DNA of 64,000 nucleotides. Origin: the human T2T-CHM13v2.0 reference genome, Homo sapiens. The position numbers and the translations under genes were made by a program. Each line of letters starts with the position of its first letter. Within the stretch, counting starts at the first letter, position 1. Positions 50,331 to 64,000 of the stretch are shown here, piece by piece. The notes under the pieces are model-generated. The model saw nothing but the letters and a program-made list of their open reading frames with translations, searched no databases and was not told where the DNA came from. The DNA is taken from assembly GCF_009914755.1 (NCBI RefSeq), contig NC_060936.1; one strand, written 5' to 3'.

Positions 50331-52435
50331 CTAAAAAAATAAAAACGAAAATTTAAAAAAAAATCATTTGGCCCGTGTGCGTAATCTGGAATTTCTCAAT
50401 CAAACCACAGAGCCCCCTAAAATACAGGAAAAAAGGAAAGAAACAGCTAAGATACCCTCCTCCGCAGCATGAGTGATTTCTTCTGCAAATTACCCTCTTT
50501 AGTTTCTTCCCACTATTTTAGGACAACATTAATTACTAGGCAGAAACCAGAGAAACAAGTGCTGGGGACGAGAATCTGTTTGGTGACAGCCGAGCCCAAA
50601 ATATTTTTCTAGAATAAACGCATCAACTGTCCATTAGCTTTCCAAGAAATAGGCTGGTTATTCCCTATACATAAAAAAAAAAAAAAAAAAAGTAAGCGGG
50701 GCATTTGTACTCTATGAAATGTTTTTCAGAAGCATTTACCTGCTTCCCAGAAAGAAGCAAACAGAGGTATATTCATGGGCCAGTGTTAGACTGAAAGGGG
50801 GATCTTAGCTGTGTGTTTAGACCTGTCCAACAATTTCACGAGGAAACTGTAAGGAAAAAGACAGGAAACGGGGAGGAAAAAGAAAGGGCCTGGATGATAG
50901 AACAAGAGCATGAAACAACCCCCGTGGGCTGGAAGAATGGATCAAGACCAACAAGAAAAACTTCAGTAGGGCGGTATTTTTTAAATTGTCAATGGAATAA
51001 ATCTAGAACATAAAGATGTTTTTAAGAAAAAGCAAACTTGTGGAAGGGCAGGTAGTGATTTAACAGACCAGTGGTGTCAATGATGTGATCAAAACTACCC
51101 AAAGAGCACAGGTAATTGGCAGAGGTTTAGAGCCCAGTATGGAGACGGAAAGATCCCAATGTATTCAGTGCTATTCAGACCACATGGACTTGTAGAAACT
51201 CTCTGTGGAAAGACAAATCTACCAGAAAAGAACATCCAAAGCTTGAGGGGATCTAAAATGTTTCACTTAAAAAAGAGAAGGTGGCCGGGTGCAGTGGCTC
51301 ACTCTTATAATCCTAGCACTTTGGGAGGCCAAGGCAGGAGGATCGCTTGAGCCCAGGAGTTTGAGGGCAACATAGGGAGACGCCGTCTCTACAAAAATAC
51401 TTGAAAAAATAAAAGAGAAGGCAATTTGGAGTGGGAGAGCTATTTGGATATCTAGTTGACTGTCACAGAGATAATAAAACTAGTTATCTCCCAGGAACAT
51501 TGCAAGGACTGTAAGAGTTAATTCATGTACTCAGAGAGTCAGTCACATGGTAAGTGCTAATTAAACATTAGTTATTTTAATTATTAATCAAGTAATCTAT
51601 TAATCAGTATTAATCTCCCATTTTGGTTGGAGATATCAGACTACTTTCTAATTTCATGTGTTTTAACATAATAGAACCAATAGGTAAAAGTGGAAGGTTT
51701 TTAGTTCAAAATAAGAATGTTCTAAGAATGAGAGTTGCTGAAAAATGGGTTGGGATGTCCAAAGTCATTGTAAGTATTTAGGCCAAGGTTCAACGGGGCC
51801 TACCTATGAGGAGCGTTGGGGAAGGGATCTTCTACCTTGGATGAGAGATGAATTTGACCAGGACTAGCAAATGGACTTTGATCACTGATATTACTTCCAA
51901 TGAACAGATAGTGGCTATAAAGTGTCATGTTGGCCAGGTGCAGTGGCTCACGCCTGGAATCCCAGCACTTTGGGAGGCCAAGGTGGGTGGATCACGAGGT
52001 CAAGAGATCGAGACCATCCTGGCCAACGTGGTGAAACCCTGTCTCTACTAAAAATACAAAAAATTAGCCGGGCGTGATAGCAGGCGCCTGTAGTCCCAGC
52101 TACTCGGGAGGCTGAGGCAGAATGGCGTGAACCCGGGAGGCAGAGCTTGCAGTGAGCCGAGATCACTGCACTCCAGTCTGGGCAACAGAGCGAGACTCCA
52201 TCTCAAAAAAAAAAAAAAAAAAAAAAAAAAAAGTGTCATGTTGAGAAAGCTTCTGAAGCCATTTTGGGCCCAGGAGGAAAAATGTGAAAGATCCATTAGT
52301 AAAGTTTGTCAGGAGCAAGGATAAAGGGAATAGTGCTGGAAATTCAGACTGGATGATATAAAAATTCTTTCAATTCTGAGACTTTGATTCTGGCTCCATT
52401 TAAAAGTCTCCTTATAGGCCAGGCATGGTAGCTCA

Positions 52436-52813
<378 letters not shown>

Positions 52814-53654
52814 TCACAATGTGGACAATAAAGAGCATTCTTTGTTCCAGAATGGTTTCAACTGTCACTGAAATCTGCCTCCGGCTCAATGTCAGCCAGA
52901 AGTCTGTGCTCAAAAATCTTTCTGTGAGGAACATCCTGGGAAACTGGAAATGTTCTCATGTAGGTTAGAAGTGAGAAGGAGGGAACTGAATTGGGATCCC
53001 GGCACTCTATTCCTAGAGTCGTCACTGACTCACCACATAACCTTGGACCAAAGTACTGGGCTGTCAGGGCCAACTCGCCCTCTCAGAAGGAAAATAGGAC
53101 AGGCAAGAGCATTGATTATTTCTGTTCTTTCTGTTTGCAGGATGTGCCTAAGTGGGAACACTGTCTATTCACTGCAGATAAAAGACCCTAATTCTCTATT
53201 TGACCACGAGGTACATTTAACATTTCCACTGTAGTGTTGTTCTTAAGGCCACGGGGTGAATTCCTATGTGTGTTCACCAAATATACGTGTGTGTGTGTGT
53301 GTGTGTTTAGTATTAATTTTATTTTTTAAATTGTTTACAGAGGCAAAATACACGACATAAAATTTACCATTTTAACCATTTTTTAAGTGTATAGTTCAGT
53401 GGCATTAAGTACACTCATGTTATTGTGTAACCACCACCACCATCCATTTCTAGAACTTTCTCAAACTCCCACCCATATTTTTCATTTTAATTTTTAATTT
53501 TTATTTTGAGACAGGCTCTCACTCTGTCACCCAGGCTACAGTGCAGTGGTACCATCAGAGCTCAATGCAGCCTCAAACACCTGCGCTCAAGTGATCCTCC
53601 CACCTCAGCCTCCTGAGTAGCTGGGACTAGAACTGCACACCACCACACCTGGCT

Positions 53655-53685
<31 letters not shown>

Positions 53686-55678
53686 GTAGAGATGGGGTCT
53701 CACTATGTTGCCTATACTGGTCTCAAACTCTCGGCCTCAAGCAATCCTCATGCCTCAGCCACCCATATTTTTTAAAGTATCATTCAATAAAATATTTTAT
53801 ACTCACCCGCAAAAATGTCACTATACTTTTCAAACTTAACAGCATAACAATATTATTTCTATCAGCAAAGTGCCTCAGGAGCTATGGGTATCACGTGACA
53901 AAACCTCATCAGCCAGAACAGGGCATTCTGGTTAATTAAACTGTCAGGCTCACTAAGGGTTAAACAGAATACTCTTTGGAGTCCAATTTTTCATTATAAA
54001 GTGCATTTGTCCTTGCAGGTCAATCCTAAAGAACAAAGCGGAATCATCAGTGATTCAACACACAGGGCTCTGGTTGGGGAGTGGGAGGTAGTCATCAATT
54101 TAAATAGCCGTTCTCAGAGTTCTGTGAAAAGGTACCAGCCATCACGTAAGGGATGGGTTTAGAAGATCAGTCTGAGCTTGTCTATTATGCTTCAAAAGCA
54201 GGGCACACATTATTTTTAACTAAATTACCCAATGTTCAAAAACCTTCATGAAATTTGGTACTCAGAATAATCTGATAAAATTCTGCCCTGTGCAGGAAGC
54301 TAATTTGCATGGATGTCCTATCGGCATGAAACTTAATATACTTTGGATATTAGCTCTAAAGAACAATTTAACTCAATATTCATTCACCCATGTATTTAAT
54401 AAACTTCTATTTGGCACACACTTACTATGTGCTTGACACTCCATTAAGCATCACATAGAAGGATAAAAATGACAGAGACCCTCTGGCCTTCATGACATAG
54501 TCTTTTAATGTGTTAAATACCTTAAGACAAGTATTACATGACCCCCATACTCTTACTTGAAAATTCTAATTTCAAAATATCTAATTTGGATCTGACAAAT
54601 TGTCAATTTCAAAATTCCACCTGGAACGGAAAGCTAACTACTGCACATTGTCACTTACAAGTGGGAGCTAAGCTATGAGTATGAAGGCATACAAGTGGTA
54701 TAATAGACACTGTGGATTCAGAAGGGGGAAGGCGAGGAGGGGAGTGAGGGATGAAAAATTACCTATCGGGTACGATATACACTATTTGCGTGACAGGTAC
54801 ACGAAAAGCCCAGACTTCACCACCACACAATTCACCCATGTCACCAAAAAAACACTTGTACCCCTAAAGCTATTGAAATAAAAAAATCTTTTAAAGAAAT
54901 TTGTTTACAAGTCCAGGCAGGGCACGGGGACTCATGCCTGTAACCCCAACACTTTGGGAGGCCAAGACAGGTAGATCACTTGAGCCCAAGGGTTTGAAAC
55001 CAGCCAGCCTGAGCAACATGGGGAAACCCCATCTCTACAAAACAATACAAAAATTAGTCGAGCATGGAGGCATATACCTGTAGTCCCAGCTACTTAGGAG
55101 GCTGAGGTGGGAGGATGACCTGAACCCAGGAAGTCAAGGCTGCAGTGAGTAGTGATTGCTCCACTGCATTCTAGCCTGGGCAACAGAGCAAGACCAAAAA
55201 AAAAAAAAGACTCCAGAGAGAAATGAGCTACCAGCTATGAAAAGACATGGAGGAAACCTGGATGCATATGACTAAGTGAAAGCAGCTGATCTGAAAGGCT
55301 ACATCCTGTGTGATTCCAGATATGCAACATTCTGGAAAAGGGAAAACTATGGAGACAGCAAAAAGATCAGTGGCTGCCAGGAGTTGAGGGTGGGGAGGGA
55401 TGAACAGGCAGAGTACAGAGGGTTTTTAGGGCAGTGAAACTATCCTGTATGATACAGTAAAGGTGGATAACTGTCATTACACATTTGTCAAAACCCATAG
55501 AACATACAACACCAATAGCAAACCTAATTTAAACTATGCATTTGGGGTGATGACGATGTGTCAGTGCAGGCCCATTGATTGTAACAAATGGACACTCTGG
55601 TACAGGGTGTTGATAGCTGGGGACACTGTGGGAGGAGGAGACAGGGAGTATGTGGGAACTCTCTGTGCTTTCTGCTCA

Positions 55679-55879
<201 letters not shown>

Positions 55880-57599
55880 CTAGACATTTGGAAAGATTGG
55901 CATAATGCCACACTTAGGAATGTTAGATGCTGACAACGTTTATGAATGTCCACGAACCTTCACGGAGAAAGAATATTGAGTTCTAAAGGTCAGAACGTAA
56001 AGGTTGCTTTTTTCTAAATACAGAAGTCCCTGTCACTGGTGAGTCTTCCATAGGTTATTATATGAGGATGGAAATTATTTCTAAGGGATGGCTCTTAAAT
56101 ATGGCTGTGACAAGTTCTAGGAGGATAACTGCTCAAGGACTTATTTATCTGACATGCTTTGGCTGAATTTAATTAAATAATCATACGCTGAATGCTTACT
56201 ACCTGCATTATAGCTTTTAGGATGAAAGGATAACCAAGCTCTCAAGGATCTTACGTCAAGTCAGAAAGGCCCATAACTAGACATGTATGCAAATAATGAC
56301 TGCTCTGTCAGCTTATAAGTTTGATAAGAAAGGCTTGGGAAAGAAATTCAACCCAATTAGGAGAAGATCAAGACAATAAGGTATTGCAAAGTCTGGAGCT
56401 TTAAAAGATATGAAGGACTTTGCTGCTTAACATTTTAAGAACAGTCAACTAGAAAAAAATATTTTTCACATTAAACATAAAAGGCCTCACATAGCTCTAA
56501 TAAATCTAGTTTCCTCATGCTTAAAAAAAATGGTAACCCAGTTTCAGGGAACTCAGGAGCATTCCTGACTAGAGAGCTCTGGCCTTAAACCTAATAATTC
56601 TGCTTCTATTAATATAAGTATCTGGTAAGAAAATAATCATGGATGTCCATAAAGATTCATGTTTATCATATTGTTATTTATATGGTAAAATACTGGAAGT
56701 TCAAATTTCCAATACAAGTATAATGATTCAAGTAGGTACTTCCATGCAATTTATTTTTTTTAGAATCACATATTCAAAAAATATTCAACTCAGAAAAAAC
56801 CTGAAGTTAAATGATTTTTAATAAAAACAGGTAAAGCTGTATATATAATGAAAATCTAATTTATAAAAATACATACGTATGTCTATGTATATGTGTGTAT
56901 GCATAAACATAAGCACAGAGACTGCAAATAAATACACCAATAAAACAACAGCGATGGGTGACCAGCCATTATTTCTTTTACTTTTCTGTGGTTTCTATAT
57001 TTTCCACAATGACCCAAATAATTATTTTTCTATCATGAAATAACAAAGTTATAGAAAATATAAAATCAGATCGTTATTTTATTTTGTGTGTGTATGTGCA
57101 TGAAAAAGAGTGTCTATGTATGCATCTGTGTGTTCATACATAAAAGTCCTCTGATCTTCACTTTGGTGATCTGTAACGCTGAAGCGCCTATTCTGTATCT
57201 CTCTCAAGATTATTAGCTAAAATCTCCAAAACATTGTTTATGACTATAAATGTAATATGGAGAGGCACATGGATGGAACACGTGTATTTCCGATGTGAAA
57301 TACTGAGAACCAGCATGCGTCATCAGACCCTATCACGACCCTGAACTTGGAACACGGAGAAGCTGAGCTGCCTATTACTGCAGCAATTGGATGAGCATTA
57401 GTCACTGCCACCAAGAACTTCCCAAAGATGCACAGCATTCAATCCATAAAGCCTTCTGGAAATAAGATGCCAGACAACCAGAGAGTAGAACACCCAGATC
57501 AAAATTCGAACTTCAAGGGCCTAGACACACAGATTTTAAAAAGTCACTGGCCGACTGTGATCACTGGGTACCCACCGCACCCACCCACGCTACTGCCAA

Positions 57600-57643
57600 C
57601 CAAAAATGTCCCATGGTAAGGCAAAACCATGGGACATTTTTGG
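57600..57643. repeat. Perfect 18-bp inverted repeat with 8-nt loop
   Basis: ccaaaaatgtcccatggt-aaggcaaa-accatgggacatttttgg. Confidence 0.97.
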
Positions 57644-57767
57644 AGTGCATGAACATATGTTTATGAAATATGTTTGCCATGGATTGCATTTGAATTTTTA
57701 TCAAGCGTGCCTTTAAAAGAAGGAAACGAAAATGTTTTCCTAAAAAGCAGAAGGGGTGGGCGCTGAC

Positions 57768-57903
57768 CTTGTCAGAGAGGCTCTCGGCCTTCAGCTTCTG
57801 CTCTTTGAGAGCCTGCTGCAGAGCGAGAATCTCAGCCTTGTGCTCCTTCACTGCCAGCTCCACCACCTGGCGAGACTCGGTGATCCGCTGATCGGCTCTC
57901 GCC
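57768..57903 (-). CDS. CIT: CIT exon (coiled coil), [45 protein letters not shown]
   Basis: ggcag| acceptor, AAG|gtcagc donor. Confidence 0.95.
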
Positions 57904-58093
57904 CTGCCAGAAAGACACAGGTCAGCTTTTGGTAGCCCCCCAACAGCTGACCTGCGGAAAGAAGGCTGGTCCGTCTCTAATCCTGACGAGCAACTAAACA
58001 GGCTGCAGGCCAGAAAGATGCCCAACCTTGACTCTTAGTTCCAAACTGTCTTCCTTTCCAACAGCTTACAAAGCAAAGATTTGACCCATGTTA

Positions 58094-58425
<332 letters not shown>

Positions 58426-59057
58426 TTAAATGTTTTTGGGTACTCATCAAGAAACTGAAACTTGAGGCTGGGTGCAGTGGCTCACGCCTGTAATCCCAAC
58501 ACTTCGGGAGGCTGAGGTGGGCAGATCACCTGAGGTCAAGAGTTCGAGACCAGCCTGGCCAACATGGTGAAACCCCGTCTCTACAAAAGATACAAAAAAT
58601 TAGCCAGGCATAGTGGCGCATGCCTGTAATCCTAGCTACTCAGGAGGCTGAGGCAGGAGAATTGCTTGAACTCGGGAGGCAGAGTTGCAGTGAGCCGAGA
58701 TGGCACCACTGCACTCCAGCCTGGGCAACAAAGCAAGACTCCATTCTCAAAAAAAAAAAAAAAAGAAAAAACAAAAGTGAAACTTGAATCTGATGAGTGT
58801 CTCCATAAATAATGCTAAAGAATAGAAAAACCAGAAGCAAAATAGGAAAAAAAAATCACTTCCCTTTCCCCATTTAGGTATCATGCTTCCTACTTCCACA
58901 CTTTGGCTTATACAATCTCCTCCACTGGCCATTCCCTCCTTTGCTACTCTGCAAACTCAAATCTTACTCAGCCTTCAAGGATAAATTCAAATGCTATGAT
59001 CTCCATAAAACTATTCCCACTTTCTCTTCTCAGGAGCAACCTCACCTTGTTCTGTAA

Positions 59058-59376
<319 letters not shown>

Positions 59377-60477
59377 TGAATCCATATCTCCTCCAGTAGA
59401 CTCTTAGGCTCTTGAGGACAAAGATTAACAATTATATTTTACTCATCTCAGTATCCCATATAATACCAAAACAGAAAAAAGAAAAAAAAGGAAAAGAAAG
59501 GCACGATCTTCCACAATTGCCCTGAAAGCAGACATGAAATGAAAGCAGACTAATGCTAGTCTTCCTGAGAACAGTTCATAATTATACCTTCCATGTATGG
59601 TCGTGTATTTCTTGATGCTGAAGCCAGATCCTACCCCAAAAATGATCTCTGTAGGTCCCTAAAAACAGCTAGGATAGGAGCTGGACTTGAGGGTGGGAGG
59701 GAAGGGGTCTGTGGGAAAACAACCAGAACTTACAATGAGGATGGGGGAGTCTAAGGATTCAGAAGGAAGCTGGAATAGGAGACTTAAACAGCAGTCCCTC
59801 ACATCAACAAATACCCTGAGTGGGGAAGCTGGGAGGATCTACAAAAAGGAACTATTTCTACCATTTCTTTTGAAATGTAAGGGTTTTCATCTTTTACCTC
59901 CAAACTTTTGGAGCTCAACTGAACTTTGCGTAATCCATCTGACATATTTAGTTAAGCCTACTATGGCCAAGCAAAAGTGAGAGATAGATACCCAAGTGAG
60001 TGTAATACAGACTAATTCATTGATCGATATTTCTATGGATAGCTAATCTTGCTTAAGGAGTTCAGAGAATCACAGGAAGGTAAGTTTCAGAGGAAGGTGA
60101 CATGAGCAAGTTGATGAAAAATGGATCCGATTCAGCTGTGCAGACAGGAAGTCACGGGGCACACACTAGCCCATATCATGCCTTTGTACAAACTGGAAAG
60201 CGGCACCCGTCCTTCTAGACCATTTCTTTCCATCTGTGAAATGTCACAACGTACCAATTTTGTCAGAAAGAAAACACTTTTCTGCCATGAGCTGTGTAAA
60301 ACTGTCATAACAACTCTTCCAGTCTATGACATCTTTAATGTGACCAGCAACCCTTAGAACTATGGAGTACGCAATTGTGCCACTGTGGCCCCACAGGAAG
60401 GGAAATCTATACTGGGGAACTGTGGAAACAAAAGTGAGAAAGCAGAGGAACGATACTGCCTGAACTGATTATTATCA

Positions 60478-60848
<371 letters not shown>

Positions 60849-61249
60849 TCAACTGGGGACAATGGAGACACAGGGGATATTGGGGGCAATGTCTAGAGAC
60901 ATATTTGTTGTCACAACGTGGGAAGGGGGTTGTTGGTGGCATCTAGTGAGTAGAGACTAGGGATGCTGTCCCGTCCTACAATGCACAGGACAGCCCCCAT
61001 AACAAAGAATGACCCAGCCTGACATGTCAATAGTGCCAAGGTTGAGGAACCCTGGGGTGGAGGGAAGACCAGGATTAAAATGGTAATGGTTTTGCTATGG
61101 CCTTGCTATGGTCACTCTGACAAGAAACCTCATGAGAGTTTTCTGCACAGAAAACAGAGGTATTTGCCCTGATGCCCAGGCCTCTGCATGGGGAAAACAG
61201 ATACCAGTCATAGCCACAGAATCCAACTCACACTATCTACGTTTACAAC

Positions 61250-61359
61250 TAGGGTGACCACCCTATCCTGGTTTGCCCAAGAGTCTCCTGGTTTTTAGCA
61301 CCAGGAGGCTTGTGACCCAGGAAACTTCTCAGTCTCGGCGGGAATAGCTGATCACCCTG
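61250..61359. mobile_element. MER81/MER94-like hAT-Blackjack MITE
   Basis: TIRs tagggtgacca.../...tgatcaccctg; degenerate 8-bp TSD tttacaac/tccacaac. Confidence 0.7.
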
Positions 61360-61427
61360 TCCACAACTCTCAGGCCGATCCTCCTGCGGTCACCTGTCAT
61401 GAGCTTTCCACAAACACAAAGCCCCAC

Positions 61428-61621
61428 CTGCTCTGTTTCTCGGTGTCCAGCATCCTCTGCAGCTCTCGAACCCGACACTCAAACTGGGATTTCTCATCAC
61501 CCAGGACGCTCCTCCAGGCCTCCCACTGCCGCTCTTTTTCTAGCAGCTCATCGTTTAGGGCCTCCAAATCCATGACCTGTTCCTCCAGCATGGTGCACGT
61601 GGTCTTCAGAGCCTCCATCGT
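61428..61621 (-). CDS. CIT: CIT exon (coiled coil/Rho-binding region), [64 protein letters not shown]
   Basis: ttgcag| acceptor, AG|gtgggg donor. Confidence 0.95.
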
Positions 61622-61873
61622 CTGCAAATCAGTAGCACTGATTTGTGCCTTGTCTTTAAACAAGGATTTCCTGGAGATTACTTTGGTCGGGTCAGTTTCA
61701 GAAAAGCACAAGTTTCTAACTACAGTTTGAAATGCGGTTTGTCTTTTGCTTCTGCAGCCCAAGGGGACCAGGCAAGAATGGATGAAGGGCCAGTTCTGCA
61801 GCCACCTTAGAGGCAGGATCCAAAGCAAAGCCAGGGGAAGTGACCAAGCTTAAAATCAAGCCATTTACATTGA

Positions 61874-62095
<222 letters not shown>

Positions 62096-62381
62096 TAAGA
62101 GATGGGGTCTCACTATATTGCCCAGACTGATCCTGAACTCCTGGGCTCAAGTGATCCTTCTGCCTCGGCCTCCCAAAGTACTGGGATGACAGGGAAGAGC
62201 TGCCACACTGGCCCTATTTTTTAAAATCAAAATTAATAAGAACTACACACTTTTAAAATACATTTTTAAAACCCTAAAGGCTTGGAAAAAAGACATGATT
62301 TTAAAAAGAGCCCAATTACTGTATGAGGTTCAGTGTTGGAACCCTTGGGAGAACGCACCAAGCACTCCTAAAATCCTTCTA

Positions 62382-62621
<240 letters not shown>

Positions 62622-64000
62622 CTAAAAGAGGAAAGGAATCCAGTTACACGCCAAGCACATTCATTTCAAATAAGAAATTGCTTCTAGGGCTATGGATTTC
62701 TGAACCCACGTGACACTGGCAATCAACGTGCCGCTCATGAGTTTGCCCACCTGACCGTGAGAGCCATGTCCAAGCTCCTATGCCCAGCCACTTAACTCTA
62801 AACACGAGCAGTGGAAGAAAAAGACTCAGTTTCTCTCTAACTCAGGACACATCTAAAAAATATGGCAAAAGCAATCAAAAGTAATCACTGCATGAAACGG
62901 ATGACTTCGAATGAGATCAAATTGACGGAAATAATATAATGTGGAAAGAAAATGCAAATTAAGAATAGACTGGTATCACCATCCACTAATTAAGCTAAAA
63001 ATGCCCATGACACTATCACTAGGACCTTATTATTGGAGATGGCCATAGTCTTAGAAAGCAAAATGAAGTTCTTATCAAGGAAGACTGACAGGGAAAGACG
63101 CCAGGAGTTATTTCGATAATATCACAAGCAATAAATTTAATTTCATACAACAAAGGAAAAAAACTTCAGGGAAACTCAGAAAAACCCTGAAAATACAATA
63201 CACTGTACTATGGCATGACTTTAATGGATTTTACTATACAGTTGGCTATCAGACAATGGGAAGCCATGTATATGAAATTGTTATTTTATTGAGAGAGATT
63301 TAATCGGGGTTTGCTAAATTACTCTCCTGCTCAGTAGCAGAATGACTTCAATTTCAGAACATTTAGCTTTCCTATTCTCTTTGCTGAGATTTAGTATTAT
63401 GGCTTGCAGAGAGCTTTTATGTATAATACCTTGGAAGTTTAAGGGCAATTTTCTAATAATAGTTGGACTGAGGCACACAGGCAGTAAATTAAATTTTACG
63501 TAACAAAAAGAAGGAAATTAAAAGGAAATGCCGTTAAGCCTACAGTTATTAATTGTTTCCAATTTTCAAACCTAGAGTCGATTTCGTTTATGAAATGTTG
63601 CCATTGCTTTCATGACTAATTCCCTATTTTAACCCTCTTTGATTATCAATTTAAAAAAAAATCTTCCCAGGCACATGAAATTAAAGAACATCAATTAAGT
63701 ACACTTGTCCACAAATGTACTCAGAGGAGATACAACTTTTCATTTTGTTAACTGAGCTGATAACCTTTTAGTGTATGGTCTAATGGTCTAGTAATTTGCT
63801 TTTTAATGTCAAAAGCCACATTAATTCCTATGTACGATTTTGAAGTACACTGTCAGCTACAAGAGGGGGAATAAAAGTTATCTGGTCAGGTTCTTAGCTC
63901 AGATACATTCTTTATCAAGGAAGACAAATAAGGAAAATCTGTACGTTTGCCATTCCTAACAGACACTTATGACTTGCAGGGTCCCTGCCTTTCCCTTTCT

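Overview
This is primate (very likely human) genomic DNA containing the 3' ends of two convergent genes. On the + strand are the last five exons of PRKAB1 (AMPK beta-1, Ser108 to the stop codon, 3'UTR ending near 8900). On the - strand are the last 24 exons of CIT (citron Rho-interacting kinase, about 1083 C-terminal residues: coiled coil/Rho-binding region, C1, PH, CNH, and the PDZ-binding tail ...VWDQSSV; 3'UTR ending near 13070). All exons were reconstructed by hand with GT-AG boundaries and consistent phases. The intronic hairpin MIR1178 abuts a CIT 3' splice site. Introns are dense in Alu, L1, MIR, MER and LTR fragments, and almost all supplied ORFs are Alu-derived or random. I see no new multi-gene system. 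The most unusual items are: a ~0.75-0.8 kb local inverted duplication with an apparently locally templated insert in a CIT intron; an in-phase candidate alternative CIT last exon lying antisense inside the PRKAB1 3'UTR; a promoter-like (CCAAT/GC-box) short intron upstream of the CNH exons; a perfect 18-bp intronic hairpin; and several splice variants that could remove the CIT PDZ-binding tail. Repeat family names and boundaries are by eye and approximate.
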